From assembly GCA_963804645.1 (NCBI GenBank), contig CAWDRG010000009.1:716693-780692 (forward strand): 64,000 nt of DNA, in the 5' to 3' direction. Position 1 is the stretch's first letter. The number at the start of each line of letters is the position of its first letter. The translations under genes were made by a program, and so were the position numbers. This DNA is from an uncultured Bacillota bacterium (GTDB lineage Bacteria; Sysuimicrobiota; Sysuimicrobiia; Sysuimicrobiales; Segetimicrobiaceae). Shown here in pieces: positions 28,253 to 38,145 of this stretch. Under the pieces are notes generated by a model that made no database searches, was not told the DNA's origin, and saw only the letters and a program-made list of their open reading frames with translations.

Positions 28253-29068
28253 TCAGCTCGCGTAGTCGGCGATGTGCTTTTTCATGCGGGCGGCGAGGCG
28301 CTCGACGTTGCGCTCGAGCCGCGCCGCGCCCTCTTCACGCGTCGCCAAGCGCGGGTCTTCCTCGGCGGGGAGCATGAAGTCGGGGGTCGGGTGCCCGTCG
28401 AACGCGGCGCCGTTGACGATGCCGAAGTCGCGGTAGCGCAGCGGCGTGCCCTTGGGCGGCAGCGCGCTCAGATCGACGCTGCCCGGCGCCTCCACCATCA
28501 TGAACGCGGTCTCGCCGCGTCCGGCGTGCCCCGGATCCTGGCCGGCCGGGGCGGGGGAGCCGCCCGCCGATTCGTACAGGACGGTGACCCGCGGCGTCTC
28601 GTTCTCCTCCAAGGCGACGCGGCGCAGCGCCCGCTGGTGGTTCGGGGCGCCGTGCCCGTTGATGATGACGATCAGCCGCCAGCTGTCCTGCTTCAGCAGC
28701 CGGACGATCTCGCGCACGACGACGGCGAACGTCCCTTCCTCGATGTAGAGGCTCTTGACGGGGAAGCCCGGGAAGTCCATGCCGACGACCCGCTCGTGCC
28801 CTTCGAAGCCGAGCGGGCGCAGGCCCTGGGGGCCGTCCGGGACGCGCACGGTCTCGGAGCCGAGGTGGTAGGCGGGGAGGACGACCCCGCCGACACGCTT
28901 GGCGACTTCGACGGCGACCCGATGGGCGGCCATCGCGTCCGTGCCCATGGGCATCGCGGGGCCGTGCCACTCGAGCGGCCCGAACGGCACGTACACGACC
29001 GGACAGCGCCGGCGCGCCTCCGCGATCTGCGGGGGGCGCATCAGCTCAAACTCGACCAACTCTGCCAT
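28253..29068 (-). CDS. creatininase-family amidohydrolase
   Basis: Creatinine amidohydrolase family metal-binding motifs (PFGPLEWHGP...GTD, INGHGAPNH). Confidence 0.8.
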   Translation of the reverse strand: MAELVEFELMRPPQIAEARRRCPVVYVPFGPLEWHGPAMPMGTDAMAAHRVAVEVAKRVGGVVLPAYHLGSETVRVPDGPQGLRPLGFEGHERVVGMDFPGFPVKSLYIEEGTFAVVVREIVRLLKQDSWRLIVIINGHGAPNHQRALRRVALEENETPRVTVLYESAGGSPAPAGQDPGHAGRGETAFMMVEAPGSVDLSALPPKGTPLRYRDFGIVNGAAFDGHPTPDFMLPAEEDPRLATREEGAARLERNVERLAARMKKHIADYAS

Positions 29069-29152
29069 GGGATCCTCCTCTGGAAACGCGGCTGCGCGGC
29101 CGCGCGGCGCGTCCGGACGGCTCCGCGCGGCTCACTGCTCCGTACCGGGCGG

Positions 29153-30622
29153 TCACGAAGACGTTTCGTCGTACCCCGCGACGTTCGTGATGATCGGGTG
29201 CCAGTCGAACTTGGTATCGAGCGGGTAGATCGGCCGCGTCACCTGCCGGTACGGCAGCCGCGTGAAGTCCATGTCCGCGTAGCCCGGGGTCAGGGCGAGG
29301 ATTTCCCTCGGCGCGATCGCCCGGATCGGCGCCATGAGGTAGCCGAGCTTGATCACCACCATCTTGTGCTTGAGCGGATCGATGCCCGCCTTCTTGAAGT
29401 CGTCCGGGTGCCGGTAGATGTACCGCCGGTCGGAGAGGATGACCCGGATGCCGTTCGCGTTGAGCGTCGCGAGCCTCGCGTCCCACGCCCCGGCCGCCGG
29501 CTGGTACAGATGCTCCACCGTGCCGGTCAGTTTGACGGGTCCGCCGCGGACCGTGTCGAGCTTGCCGCCGACCTCCACGGTGACCTTGGCGCCCTGCCCC
29601 GCCTTGAAGCACGCGTCGGTCGCGACGGCGTCGGGAAACCCCGCGACGACCGCGTCCGGCACCTTCTTGGCCACGAGCCGCGCCAGGAAGTGCGTCGAGT
29701 CGCCGGGTGCGCCCGCGGTCGGGTTGTCGCCGGAGTCCGCGATGAACACCGTGCGCTCCGACTTGAGCGCCTGGTCGATCGCCTCGTCGGCGGTCGCGGC
29801 GACCTCCTGGTCGAACACGAAGTGCTCGCGCTGATCCCACATCGCCTGCGCCATCCGGCGCGCCTGGCGGCGCGCCAGCGGGAGGGCCGCGTCGTTCTCG
29901 GCGGTCACGAGGACGTTGGCGCCGGCGTGCCAGGTGTCCGCCCACCCGAAGCCGATCAGCACCTCGGCGTTCAGGATGCCCGGCATCTGCTCGATCTCGA
30001 GCGCCATCTTGAGCATCGACTTCATCGGCTCGACCGCCATCGTGGACCGCTCGCCCGGCAGCAGGAGCGGAATGCGGATGAACACCGGCCGGGGCCGCAG
30101 CCGCCCGCGGACGACCTTCGTCAGGATGCCGAGCGTGCGCTGCAGCGTCTCGGGCGCGTCGGCGTGGGGCGCTGTGCGGAAGCACGCCCAGGTGTCGGCC
30201 TTGTTCGCGAACTCCTCGGTCAGGTTCGCGTGGGGATCCAACCGCACGGCGATCGGCAGGTCGCGCCCGACGGCCGCCCGGATCATCCGGACCTGATCGG
30301 TCTCGCCGCTCCAGACGTTCTCGACGAGCATCGCGCCGTGCAGGATCATGCAGATGCCGTCGAGCTTGCCGGCGTCCCGCAGCCGGGCGAGCGTCTCGTC
30401 CCGCAGCTCGAGGTACGTCCGCTCCTGCACCACGCCGGAGGGACAGCGAGCCGACGCGACGAGCAGCGGCACCGGCTCAAACTCGAACTTCTTCGCGGCC
30501 TCCGCCAGTCCGGCGTAGCCGAGGATGTCGGGCTCCCGCAGGACCCGGAAGTCCTCCATCGTCTGCGGGATGGGCGAAAACGTGAGAGCCTCGTGGCTGA
30601 TGCCGGCGATGCCGATGCGCAT
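29153..30622 (-). CDS. M81-family metallopeptidase (MlrC-like; DUF1485 + MlrC C-terminal domain)
   Basis: 489 aa. N-terminal MRIGIAGISHE and an overall architecture matching the microcystinase C (MlrC) family. Confidence 0.75.
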   Translation of the reverse strand: MRIGIAGISHEALTFSPIPQTMEDFRVLREPDILGYAGLAEAAKKFEFEPVPLLVASARCPSGVVQERTYLELRDETLARLRDAGKLDGICMILHGAMLVENVWSGETDQVRMIRAAVGRDLPIAVRLDPHANLTEEFANKADTWACFRTAPHADAPETLQRTLGILTKVVRGRLRPRPVFIRIPLLLPGERSTMAVEPMKSMLKMALEIEQMPGILNAEVLIGFGWADTWHAGANVLVTAENDAALPLARRQARRMAQAMWDQREHFVFDQEVAATADEAIDQALKSERTVFIADSGDNPTAGAPGDSTHFLARLVAKKVPDAVVAGFPDAVATDACFKAGQGAKVTVEVGGKLDTVRGGPVKLTGTVEHLYQPAAGAWDARLATLNANGIRVILSDRRYIYRHPDDFKKAGIDPLKHKMVVIKLGYLMAPIRAIAPREILALTPGYADMDFTRLPYRQVTRPIYPLDTKFDWHPIITNVAGYDETSS

Positions 30623-30632
30623 GCGTTCCCTC

Positions 30633-31502
30633 CTATTTGATCGCGCCGCTTCCCAGTCCCTGGACCACCCACCGCTGCAGGAGCACGAAGATGACCACGA
30701 GCGGGAGGCTGGACATGGTGGTGAGCGCCATGATGCCGTTCCAGTCGCGCACGTACTCGCCGAAGAACGAGGACATGCCGACGGTCAGCGTCTGCGAGTG
30801 CGTGGTCTCCGTGAGCACGACGGCGAGGAGATACTCGTTCCAGGCGCCGATGAAGATGAACGCGGCGACCCCTACGACCCCCGGCACGGCGAGCGGCGCC
30901 ACCACCTTCCAGAGCGTCTGGAGCCGCGTGCACCCGTCGATGAGCGCCGCTTCGTCGAGCTCGTGCGGAATCGAATCCAGGTAGGCCTTGATGAGCCAGG
31001 TCGACAGCGGCAGGAGAAACGCGGTGTTGGCCACGATCAGGCCGGGCACCGTGTCGTACAGCCCGACGACGTGGGCGAGGCGGAAGTACGGGATGATCAG
31101 GACGACCCGTGGCAGCATGAGGAGGCTCAGGATCGCCATCAGCATGACCTGGCCGCCGGGCAGCCGGAACCGGGAGAACCCGTAGGCCGCGAGCGAGCCG
31201 AAGAACAGCGCGAGGACGAGCGCGCCGAACGACAGCTCAATGCTGTTCTTGAAATAGGACTGGTACGTGGGGTTGTTGAGGATCTTTTCGAAGTACACGA
31301 GCGTGATCGATCTCGGCCACAGGACCGGCGGGTAGTTGAGCACTTCCCGGATCGGCCGCACGGCCGCGCTCACCATCCACGCGACCGGCACCAGGATCAG
31401 CACGGTCGAGAGGACCGTGAGGCCGACGACCCAGATCTGCCGGGAGACCTCCGCACGGCGGCGGCGCGAGCCCGCGGCGGACGCGACCGTGGAGGCTACC
31501 AT
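30633..31502 (-). CDS. carbohydrate ABC transporter permease (MalG-like)
   Basis: 289 aa, six TM, EAA loop (LDEAALIDGCTRLQTLWKVVAPL). The tool ORF is N-terminally over-extended. Confidence 0.8.
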   Translation of the reverse strand: MVASTVASAAGSRRRRAEVSRQIWVVGLTVLSTVLILVPVAWMVSAAVRPIREVLNYPPVLWPRSITLVYFEKILNNPTYQSYFKNSIELSFGALVLALFFGSLAAYGFSRFRLPGGQVMLMAILSLLMLPRVVLIIPYFRLAHVVGLYDTVPGLIVANTAFLLPLSTWLIKAYLDSIPHELDEAALIDGCTRLQTLWKVVAPLAVPGVVGVAAFIFIGAWNEYLLAVVLTETTHSQTLTVGMSSFFGEYVRDWNGIMALTTMSSLPLVVIFVLLQRWVVQGLGSGAIK

Positions 31503-32428
31503 GATTCCTGCTGCCGGCGCTGGAGGACGCGCAGGTAGACTTGGGTGATCACGGTAAGCAGCAGCAGCATGATCGTGCTGGCCGCGGCCCCTTCGGTCAG
31601 GTTCCCGTCCATCAGCCCCGTTCGGTAGATGTAAAACGCGACCGTTTCGGTCGCGCGGCCGGGCCCGCCCTGCGTGAGCATGTTGACGAGGTCGACGTGC
31701 CCGAACGTGGTGATGATGTCGAGCGTCGAGAGGGCCACGAGCACCCCCCTGAGCTGCGGCAGCGTGACCGCCCAGAACCGCTGCCACCCGTTCGCCCCGT
31801 CGACCTTCGCGGCGTCGTACAGCTCCGGCGGGATGTTCTGCAGACCGCCGAGCAGGGCGATCATGTAAAAGGGATAGCTCTTCCAGGTGTTGACGAAGAT
31901 GATCGAGGCGAGCGCGAGGTTCGGGTTGCCCAGGAAGTCGATCGGGCGGGTGATGTGCAGGACGCCCGTCGCGATGTAGTTGAACAGGCCGTACGGGTCG
32001 TACAGCAGCGACCACATGAGCGCCGCGGCCGCGGTGGAGAAGACCCACGGCAGGATGAGCGCGCCCCGCATGACGTTGCGCAGCGAGTGGCTGAACCACA
32101 CCTCGTGCAGCAGGAGCGCAAACGCGAGGCCGATCGACAGCTGCAGGACGACGGACGCCACGGTAAAGATCGACGTGTTCCAGACCGCGTTCCACCAGAT
32201 ATAGTCGCCCAGGATCTTGGTGTAGTGGGCCACGCCGACGAAGTGCCACACGCCGTTGTTCACGTCCTGCAGCCCCATGCCGATGACCGTGACGATCGGG
32301 TAGATCGCCGTCACGATCAGGTAGAGGATCACCGGCCCGACAAAGAGGTACCCGGTGGCATAGGCGGGCAGCCGGCGCCGGGACGGCGCCGTTGCGGCCG
32401 CGCGGGCCGGAGCTATCGCTCGTGCCAC
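31496..32428 (-). CDS. carbohydrate ABC transporter permease (MalF-like)
   Basis: 310 aa, TM-rich, permease signature (YDAAKVDGANGWQRFWAVTLP). Confidence 0.8.
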   Translation of the reverse strand: MARAIAPARAAATAPSRRRLPAYATGYLFVGPVILYLIVTAIYPIVTVIGMGLQDVNNGVWHFVGVAHYTKILGDYIWWNAVWNTSIFTVASVVLQLSIGLAFALLLHEVWFSHSLRNVMRGALILPWVFSTAAAALMWSLLYDPYGLFNYIATGVLHITRPIDFLGNPNLALASIIFVNTWKSYPFYMIALLGGLQNIPPELYDAAKVDGANGWQRFWAVTLPQLRGVLVALSTLDIITTFGHVDLVNMLTQGGPGRATETVAFYIYRTGLMDGNLTEGAAASTIMLLLLTVITQVYLRVLQRRQQESW

Positions 32429-32500
32429 GTGGGAGTCACCCGCTCTCGGAGACGCGCGCCCCGGCGCCCGTATCGGGCGCCGGGGCGGCGTCTGCGCGCG

Positions 32501-33772
32501 CTACTTGGACTGGTCGATCGCCTGCTGCCAGCCCGCGGCGATCTTGTCGAGGCCCTGCTGCGCCGTCTCCTTGCCGCTCATCATGTCCTGCCAGTCGCTC
32601 TTGAAGCTGTCGAACAGCCCGCCGGTGGCCGGCAGGATCGGCAGCGTGATGTTCGCCTTCGGGTCCTGATTCGCCATCTGCCCCGCGTACTTGAGCATCG
32701 GATCCGTGCTGCTCGACAGCGAGTCCATCGAGAACTTGTCCGCCCACGGGAGGCTGACGGCCTTGGTCATCATGATCGACGCCGGCTGGGAGTAGAGGTA
32801 CTTGAGGAACGTCCACGCCGCGTCCTTGTTCGGCGACTTGGCGCTCATCGCCACACCGCTGCAGCTCCACAGGTAGCCGCCCGTCCGAGCGTGCCACGGC
32901 GGCGCGTACGCGATCTTGATGTTGGGGTCGATCTGCTTGGCCTTGCTCCAGATGAAGGGCCCGTCGATGATGCTGTCGACCTGCCCGCTCGCGAGGTACT
33001 CGAGCATGCGGGTCTGGTCCTCGCCCATCGATCCGGGAACGGCCAGGCCCATGTCGTAGAAGCTCTTCCACCAGTTGACCGCTCGGACGCCGGCCGCGCT
33101 GTTCAGCGTGATGTGGCCGCTGGCGTCCATGAACTGACCGCCCTCCTGCGCGAGGCGGAAGCCGAAGTACCGGGTGGCGACAAACCCGCCGTCGCCGAAC
33201 GTGAGGCTCATGCCGTACCGGCTGCTGGAGGTGTGCATCGCCTTCTCGACCGAGACGAACTGGTCCCAGCTGGTCGGGGGCGACAGGTGCGCCTGCTGGA
33301 AGAAGTCGACGTTGTACGCGAACTGGTACGGGATCAGGTACAGGCAGAACGACAGGGTGTCGCCGTTGATCTTGCGCAGCGTGGTCGGCAGCAGCGTCTG
33401 GGCGAACGGCTTGTCCTTCGCCAGCCACGGATCCAGGTTCTCCACGTAGCCGAGCTTCTTCAGGCCGATCAGCCACGCGCCCTCGGTGCCGAAGACGTCG
33501 TAGTTCTCGCCCGCGGCGGCCGCGGCGTTCAGCTTGGTCGGCATCTCGGGGTAGGGGGTGTCGACGACGTCGACTTTGATGTTGGGGTTATCCTTCGCAA
33601 AGCCGGCCATCAGGGCGTTGAAGTTGTTGGGCCCCCACTCGTTGACCCACCACTCCATCCATTTGATCGTGACCTGCGAGGTGGCGGCGGTGGCGAACGT
33701 GGAGATCGACAGACTCAGGATCGTCGCAACGGCGACCAGGACGGCGGTACGCAGAACCGGTTTGTGCCGCAT
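32501..33772 (-). CDS. ABC transporter substrate-binding protein, family 1 (sugar-type)
   Basis: Signal peptide (MRHKPVLRTAVLVAVATILSLSISTFATAA) followed by a family-1 SBP domain. Confidence 0.8.
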   Translation of the reverse strand: MRHKPVLRTAVLVAVATILSLSISTFATAATSQVTIKWMEWWVNEWGPNNFNALMAGFAKDNPNIKVDVVDTPYPEMPTKLNAAAAAGENYDVFGTEGAWLIGLKKLGYVENLDPWLAKDKPFAQTLLPTTLRKINGDTLSFCLYLIPYQFAYNVDFFQQAHLSPPTSWDQFVSVEKAMHTSSSRYGMSLTFGDGGFVATRYFGFRLAQEGGQFMDASGHITLNSAAGVRAVNWWKSFYDMGLAVPGSMGEDQTRMLEYLASGQVDSIIDGPFIWSKAKQIDPNIKIAYAPPWHARTGGYLWSCSGVAMSAKSPNKDAAWTFLKYLYSQPASIMMTKAVSLPWADKFSMDSLSSSTDPMLKYAGQMANQDPKANITLPILPATGGLFDSFKSDWQDMMSGKETAQQGLDKIAAGWQQAIDQSK

Positions 33773-33893
33773 CGCGCTTCCCTCCCGAAGTGACGCCTTC
33801 GTGCGGGACACGCGGAGGAGCGCTGCCTCCCCCGCGTGCTTTCGCGTGGGATTAGGCGTTGGGGCGGCCGGTTCCTCCCTGCGGGGCGGGGGG

Positions 33894-34817
33894 TTATTTC
33901 CAGACGTGCACGTAGCTCGGGGGGAGGGTGAAGGTCTGCCGGCTGGCCTGGGCCGCCACCGTCAGGGCCGCCCCGGCCGCGCCCGCGGGCGTCTGATCCC
34001 AGACCCCGATGTCGAGCCGGGGGAGCCGGGCCGGGTCCGCGTGCCGTCCGACCGTCCAGCCGATCGTGGTGAAGAGGTAGTGATACCCGGCGGTGTTGGC
34101 GAGCGCGATCAATTCCGGGGTGTACTGGCCGTACGGGTACACCATGGCGTCGACGGGTTGTCCCGTTTCCTGTTCGACGATGGTGCGCGCCTTCACGAGA
34201 TCGGACGAGACCCGCGCGCGGTACTCGGCGTCGGTCTCGCGGCGCCCGTCCGGCAGGACGGCGATCCCCACCGTGGCGGCCGTGGTCGCGCCTCCCCCGA
34301 TGCCGATCCCGCGGTGCAGGTCGTAGGTCTCGGTGTAGAAGCGGACGAGGCCGGTCTGGCTCATCGCCTTGATCTCGTCCCAGGTGAAGTCGTGCGCGAT
34401 GCGGCCCACGTTGGCGACGATCAGGAACACCGCCGCGGGGATGCGGTCGTGCTCGAGGACCGGCAGCGCGTAGCGATAGATGCCCGCATACCCGTTGTCG
34501 AAAACGACGCAGACCGCGTTGGGCGGCACCGGCGCGCCGGCCGACACGAACCGCTCGAGGTCCGGGACGGACACGAAGTGAAATCCTTCGCTGAGCAGCA
34601 GGTTCATCTCCGCGGCGAACTCCTGCGGCGAGACCGTGTCCGTGTCGCGGGGTACCGTCGGCGAGACGTCGTGGTAGGTCAGAACGGCGATCTGGTCTTG
34701 ATAGTGGACGGGCGCCTCCGGCGCTGCGCCCGCGGGGGTGCCGGGCGCCGCGAGCAGCGCGGCGGCGCCGAGTACGAGCAGCGTGCCCCGTGCCCATCCG
34801 AGCCGCATGCGCTCCAC
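33894..34817 (-). CDS. polysaccharide deacetylase (NodB-homology, CE4) with signal peptide
   Basis: Secreted. NodB motifs VLTYHDV and VVFDNGY, plus downstream His motifs. Confidence 0.75.
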   Translation of the reverse strand: MERMRLGWARGTLLVLGAAALLAAPGTPAGAAPEAPVHYQDQIAVLTYHDVSPTVPRDTDTVSPQEFAAEMNLLLSEGFHFVSVPDLERFVSAGAPVPPNAVCVVFDNGYAGIYRYALPVLEHDRIPAAVFLIVANVGRIAHDFTWDEIKAMSQTGLVRFYTETYDLHRGIGIGGGATTAATVGIAVLPDGRRETDAEYRARVSSDLVKARTIVEQETGQPVDAMVYPYGQYTPELIALANTAGYHYLFTTIGWTVGRHADPARLPRLDIGVWDQTPAGAAGAALTVAAQASRQTFTLPPSYVHVWK

Positions 34818-34938
34818 CTCTCGTGCTGTCGCGCGAATTCGATCGTGACAGTTATAGCAGTGGACGCGCGGGGCCGCAAGCGGAGGCGCGCGCGCTCCCG
34901 GCGTTGCGGGCGCGCCCGGGGCGCGCTATGCTGGACCC

Positions 34939-35454
34939 GTGACCCGCCGCCGTCGCACCGCCGGCCGCAGTGACCGCGGATTTTCGCTGGTCGAGCTCGT
35001 GATCGCGCTCGCGGTCCTGGCGCTGATCCTCGGCATCGCGGTGCCGGCGTACCTGGGCAGCCTCGGAGGCGGCAAGCCCGGCACGAGCGTCGTCAACACC
35101 AAGAGCAACAAGGCGGCGGTCGACGAGGCCGCCGCCACGGCGGATGCCTGGCGTACGACCGCGTATACCTGCTACCTCCAGAGCCAGAACGCGACCTCGT
35201 GCAGCAGCAACGAGGCGATCGGATTCACGCAGCCGGCCGGCAAGTACTGGAACTGGACGTCGCAGCCGCAGAACGGGGTGGCGGGGGCAACGTACACCGT
35301 CGTCAACGCGGAGGGGGAGCCGGCCGCGCTGACCGTCTCCTGGCCGTCCAACAACGCCGGCCTCGAGAACGGCGAGACGTACGTTGTCAGTCTCTTCATC
35401 TCCGGGACGAGCCGGGGCCAAACGACCGCGACCTGCCTTCCGATCAGCTGCTGA
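34939..35454 (+). CDS. prepilin-type N-terminal cleavage/methylation domain protein (type IV pilin / pseudopilin-like)
   Basis: Class III signal (RGFSLVELVIALAVLALILGIAVP), with the Cys pair near the C-terminus typical of pilins. Confidence 0.75.
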   Translation: MTRRRRTAGRSDRGFSLVELVIALAVLALILGIAVPAYLGSLGGGKPGTSVVNTKSNKAAVDEAAATADAWRTTAYTCYLQSQNATSCSSNEAIGFTQPAGKYWNWTSQPQNGVAGATYTVVNAEGEPAALTVSWPSNNAGLENGETYVVSLFISGTSRGQTTATCLPISC

Positions 35455-35602
35455 CGATCGTCCGCCGGCGCACCCCGGCGGACGATCTGCATCAGATCTT
35501 TACTCCGCATTCACAGCTCCTTCGATGGATCTTCAAGCCGTGATTTTACCGTATTTCTGAGGCGTCCATTCCGCAGTTCGGTGGCGTCCAGGAGGTTCGA
35601 AG

Positions 35603-36337
35603 ATGTTCAAGCAGTGGAGATGGATGATCGGGATCGCGCTGGTGAGCCTGGTGGGGCTGGTCGGCGCGCAGGCGTGGGGGCAGGCTCCGCCGCCCTCCCA
35701 GCCGCAGGGTCCGGGCCAGCGGCCGCAGGGTCGGCCGCAGGGCGCGGGCCAGCGCCCCGCGTTCCGCGGGCACGCGCGTCCGGTGATCGGGACGATCGCG
35801 TCCGTGTCCGGAAGTTCGTTCGTAGTCACGACGTGGGCGAACCGCCCGGTGACGGTGCAGACGACGTCCACGACGCGCGTGCTGACCCAGCAGCAGGGTA
35901 CTGTGGCCGACCTGCAGTCTGGCGATCTGGTGCGCATTATGGCAACCAAGGCCGCGAATAACGGGGTGGTCGCGGTCCGCCTGAGCGACACACCGGCCGC
36001 GCTCGCGATGGCGCGGGGCGGGCGTCCCGGGGGCGGCCCCGGCGGTCCGCAGGCCGGCGCGCCGCGGAGTGGTTTGTGGGGCGGCCGCGGGACGATGGTC
36101 ATGATCGACGGGCCGCTGGCCGGGGCCCCGTCGGGCGGCGCCGTGATGGTCGCGCTCCCGGTCGGGGCGCCGCTGGCGGTGGCCGTGCCCTCGACCACGC
36201 GCATCTCGCGGACCGTCTCGCTGCCGGTATCGGGGCTCGCCGTGGGCACCCACGTCGCGGTGGTCGGCACTCCGGCGGCGGCCGGCGGCGGCCTCACGGC
36301 CGTGACGATCTACGTCCCGGGCGCGCCGACGCGGTAA
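35603..36337 (+). CDS. secreted protein with Pro/Gln/Gly-rich linker and two DUF5666-like beta repeats
   Basis: Signal peptide, then PPPSQPQGPGQRPQGRPQGAGQRP low-complexity stretch, then two repeats of the pattern GTIASVSGSSFVVTT...VTVQTTSTTRV and SLPVSGLAVGTHVAVVGT. SD GGAGG is present. Confidence 0.6.
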   Translation: MFKQWRWMIGIALVSLVGLVGAQAWGQAPPPSQPQGPGQRPQGRPQGAGQRPAFRGHARPVIGTIASVSGSSFVVTTWANRPVTVQTTSTTRVLTQQQGTVADLQSGDLVRIMATKAANNGVVAVRLSDTPAALAMARGGRPGGGPGGPQAGAPRSGLWGGRGTMVMIDGPLAGAPSGGAVMVALPVGAPLAVAVPSTTRISRTVSLPVSGLAVGTHVAVVGTPAAAGGGLTAVTIYVPGAPTR

Positions 36338-36416
36338 GCGGTGCGGGCCGAACGGATCGGGTGATCGCCGTGCAGGGGGCGGCGTCGGCGCGAGCCGAAC
36401 GCCGTCCCTCTGCGTC

Positions 36417-38003
36417 TTACTCCTCGGCGGCCGCGCGATCGGCCGCCGTGCCGCGGCGCATCAGGAGCACGAGCGGCAGGCAGAGGAGCGAGATCCAGCC
36501 GATCACCGCGAACGCGTAGTCGTATCCCACCACCGTCGACTGCTGCTGGATCAGCGTCCGCAGCCAGCCGAGCGCCTGCCAGTGCGCGGTGGTCGGGTCG
36601 CTGCCGCGGGTGATGAACATGTGCTGGTACATGTTCCACCAGCGCATGAAGTTCGGATTGGACGTCGACGCGTAGCGGACGAGGTTCGCGCTGGAGGTCG
36701 TCGTCTTGTGGTCGGCGACGGTGATGACGAGCGCCGTGCCGAGGCTGCTGCCGAGCTGCCGCAGGAGGCTGTTCATCCCGGTCGCGCTCTGCATCTGCGC
36801 GCGGGGAATCGTCGAGAGCGAGGTCGTCGTCAGCGACACCCAGACAAACGACGAGCCGAGGCCCTGGATGAACTGCGGGAGCAGGAGCTGCGCCGGCCCG
36901 CTCGCCAGGGTGAAGCCGGCCATCATGAAGCAGGAGACGGCGCTTAAAATAATCCCGATCGGCAGCATGATGTACACGCCCAATCGGTTGTAGAGGTTGC
37001 CCAGGATCGGCATCGTGAACACCATCGTGAGCGTGCGGGGCATGACGGTGAGCCCCGCCTGCGTCGCGCTGTAGCCGAGGCTCTGCTGCAGGAACAGCGG
37101 CAGCAGGATGAAGCTGCCGAACCGCGTCATGCTCACGATCCCCCCGACGAACGTGCCCGCGGCGAACGACACGTTGCGGAGAATCCGGACGTTGACCGCC
37201 GGCTCCGGCACGCGCAGCTCCCAGAACACGAACGCGGTCAGCGACACCACCGCGAGCACGATGAGCGTCAGGATGAAGTCGCTCTGAAACCACCCGTTCC
37301 GCTCACCCTCCTCGAGGACGACCTGCAGCGACGCCAGCCCGACCGCGAGCAGGCCGATGCCGACGCCGTCGATCTTCCGGATCTTTCGCCCCCGCATGTA
37401 CGGCGGATCGACGATGTACCGCAGTCCCATGATCAGGCCCAGCACGCCGACGGGGACGTTGACGAAGAAGATCCACGGCCAGGAGAACGTGTCGGTGAGC
37501 CAGCCGCCGAGCGTCGGGCCGATCGCCGGGCCGAGCAGGACAATCACGCCGTAGTATGCCATCGCCTGGCCCTGCTCTTCCACCGGAAACGTCTCGCGCA
37601 TGATCGCCTGCGCGGTCGGCTGCAGCGCGCCGCCGCCGATCCCCTGGAGCACGCGGAACGCGATGAGCTCGCCGAGCGTGCGCGAGAGGCCGCACAGGAG
37701 CGAGGCGACGGAGAAGATGGCGATCGCCGCGAGAAACATCCGCTTCCGGCCGAGGATCGACGCGACCCAGTTCGTGAGCGGCAGCGTGATGACGAGGGTG
37801 ATCAGGTAGGACGTGGTGACCCAGGTCACTTCCTGCGTGGTGACGCCGTAGGACGCTTCGATGTGGGCGAGGGAGACGTTGACGATGTTGGTGTCGATGG
37901 CGGACATCATCGATCCCGCCAACACCGACGCGGCGACGATCCATTTGCCGTGCTGCGCAAACTGATTGTCGCTGCGTGCCGCCAGCGTGATTCCCGCCGC
38001 CAC
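36417..38003 (-). CDS. MFS transporter, DHA2 (EmrB/QacA) family, 14 TMS
   Basis: 528 aa. Motifs LDTNIVNVSL, GRKRMFL, and 14 predicted TM segments. Confidence 0.85.
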   Translation of the reverse strand: MAAGITLAARSDNQFAQHGKWIVAASVLAGSMMSAIDTNIVNVSLAHIEASYGVTTQEVTWVTTSYLITLVITLPLTNWVASILGRKRMFLAAIAIFSVASLLCGLSRTLGELIAFRVLQGIGGGALQPTAQAIMRETFPVEEQGQAMAYYGVIVLLGPAIGPTLGGWLTDTFSWPWIFFVNVPVGVLGLIMGLRYIVDPPYMRGRKIRKIDGVGIGLLAVGLASLQVVLEEGERNGWFQSDFILTLIVLAVVSLTAFVFWELRVPEPAVNVRILRNVSFAAGTFVGGIVSMTRFGSFILLPLFLQQSLGYSATQAGLTVMPRTLTMVFTMPILGNLYNRLGVYIMLPIGIILSAVSCFMMAGFTLASGPAQLLLPQFIQGLGSSFVWVSLTTTSLSTIPRAQMQSATGMNSLLRQLGSSLGTALVITVADHKTTTSSANLVRYASTSNPNFMRWWNMYQHMFITRGSDPTTAHWQALGWLRTLIQQQSTVVGYDYAFAVIGWISLLCLPLVLLMRRGTAADRAAAEE

Positions 38004-38145
38004 GGCCTACCCCCCGCTGGGGAGCGAATCGACCGGCGGCGGCCGGTCCGCGGCCGCCGCCGGGGTGAGCGACGATGAATTCACCGGATGACGCGCCGGC
38101 GCCTTCAGGCGCCGGCGCGGTCCCGCGGTCCGTCGGAGTCGGCGG

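Noticed and set aside
26960-30640. 1226-aa plus-strand ORF spanning the DegT, creatininase and MlrC genes (also 31541-33793, 750 aa; 42698-44965, 755 aa)
   Set aside because: Giant antisense ORFs opposite three to four independently recognisable minus-strand genes. No start-context or domain support. Classic high-GC open frames.
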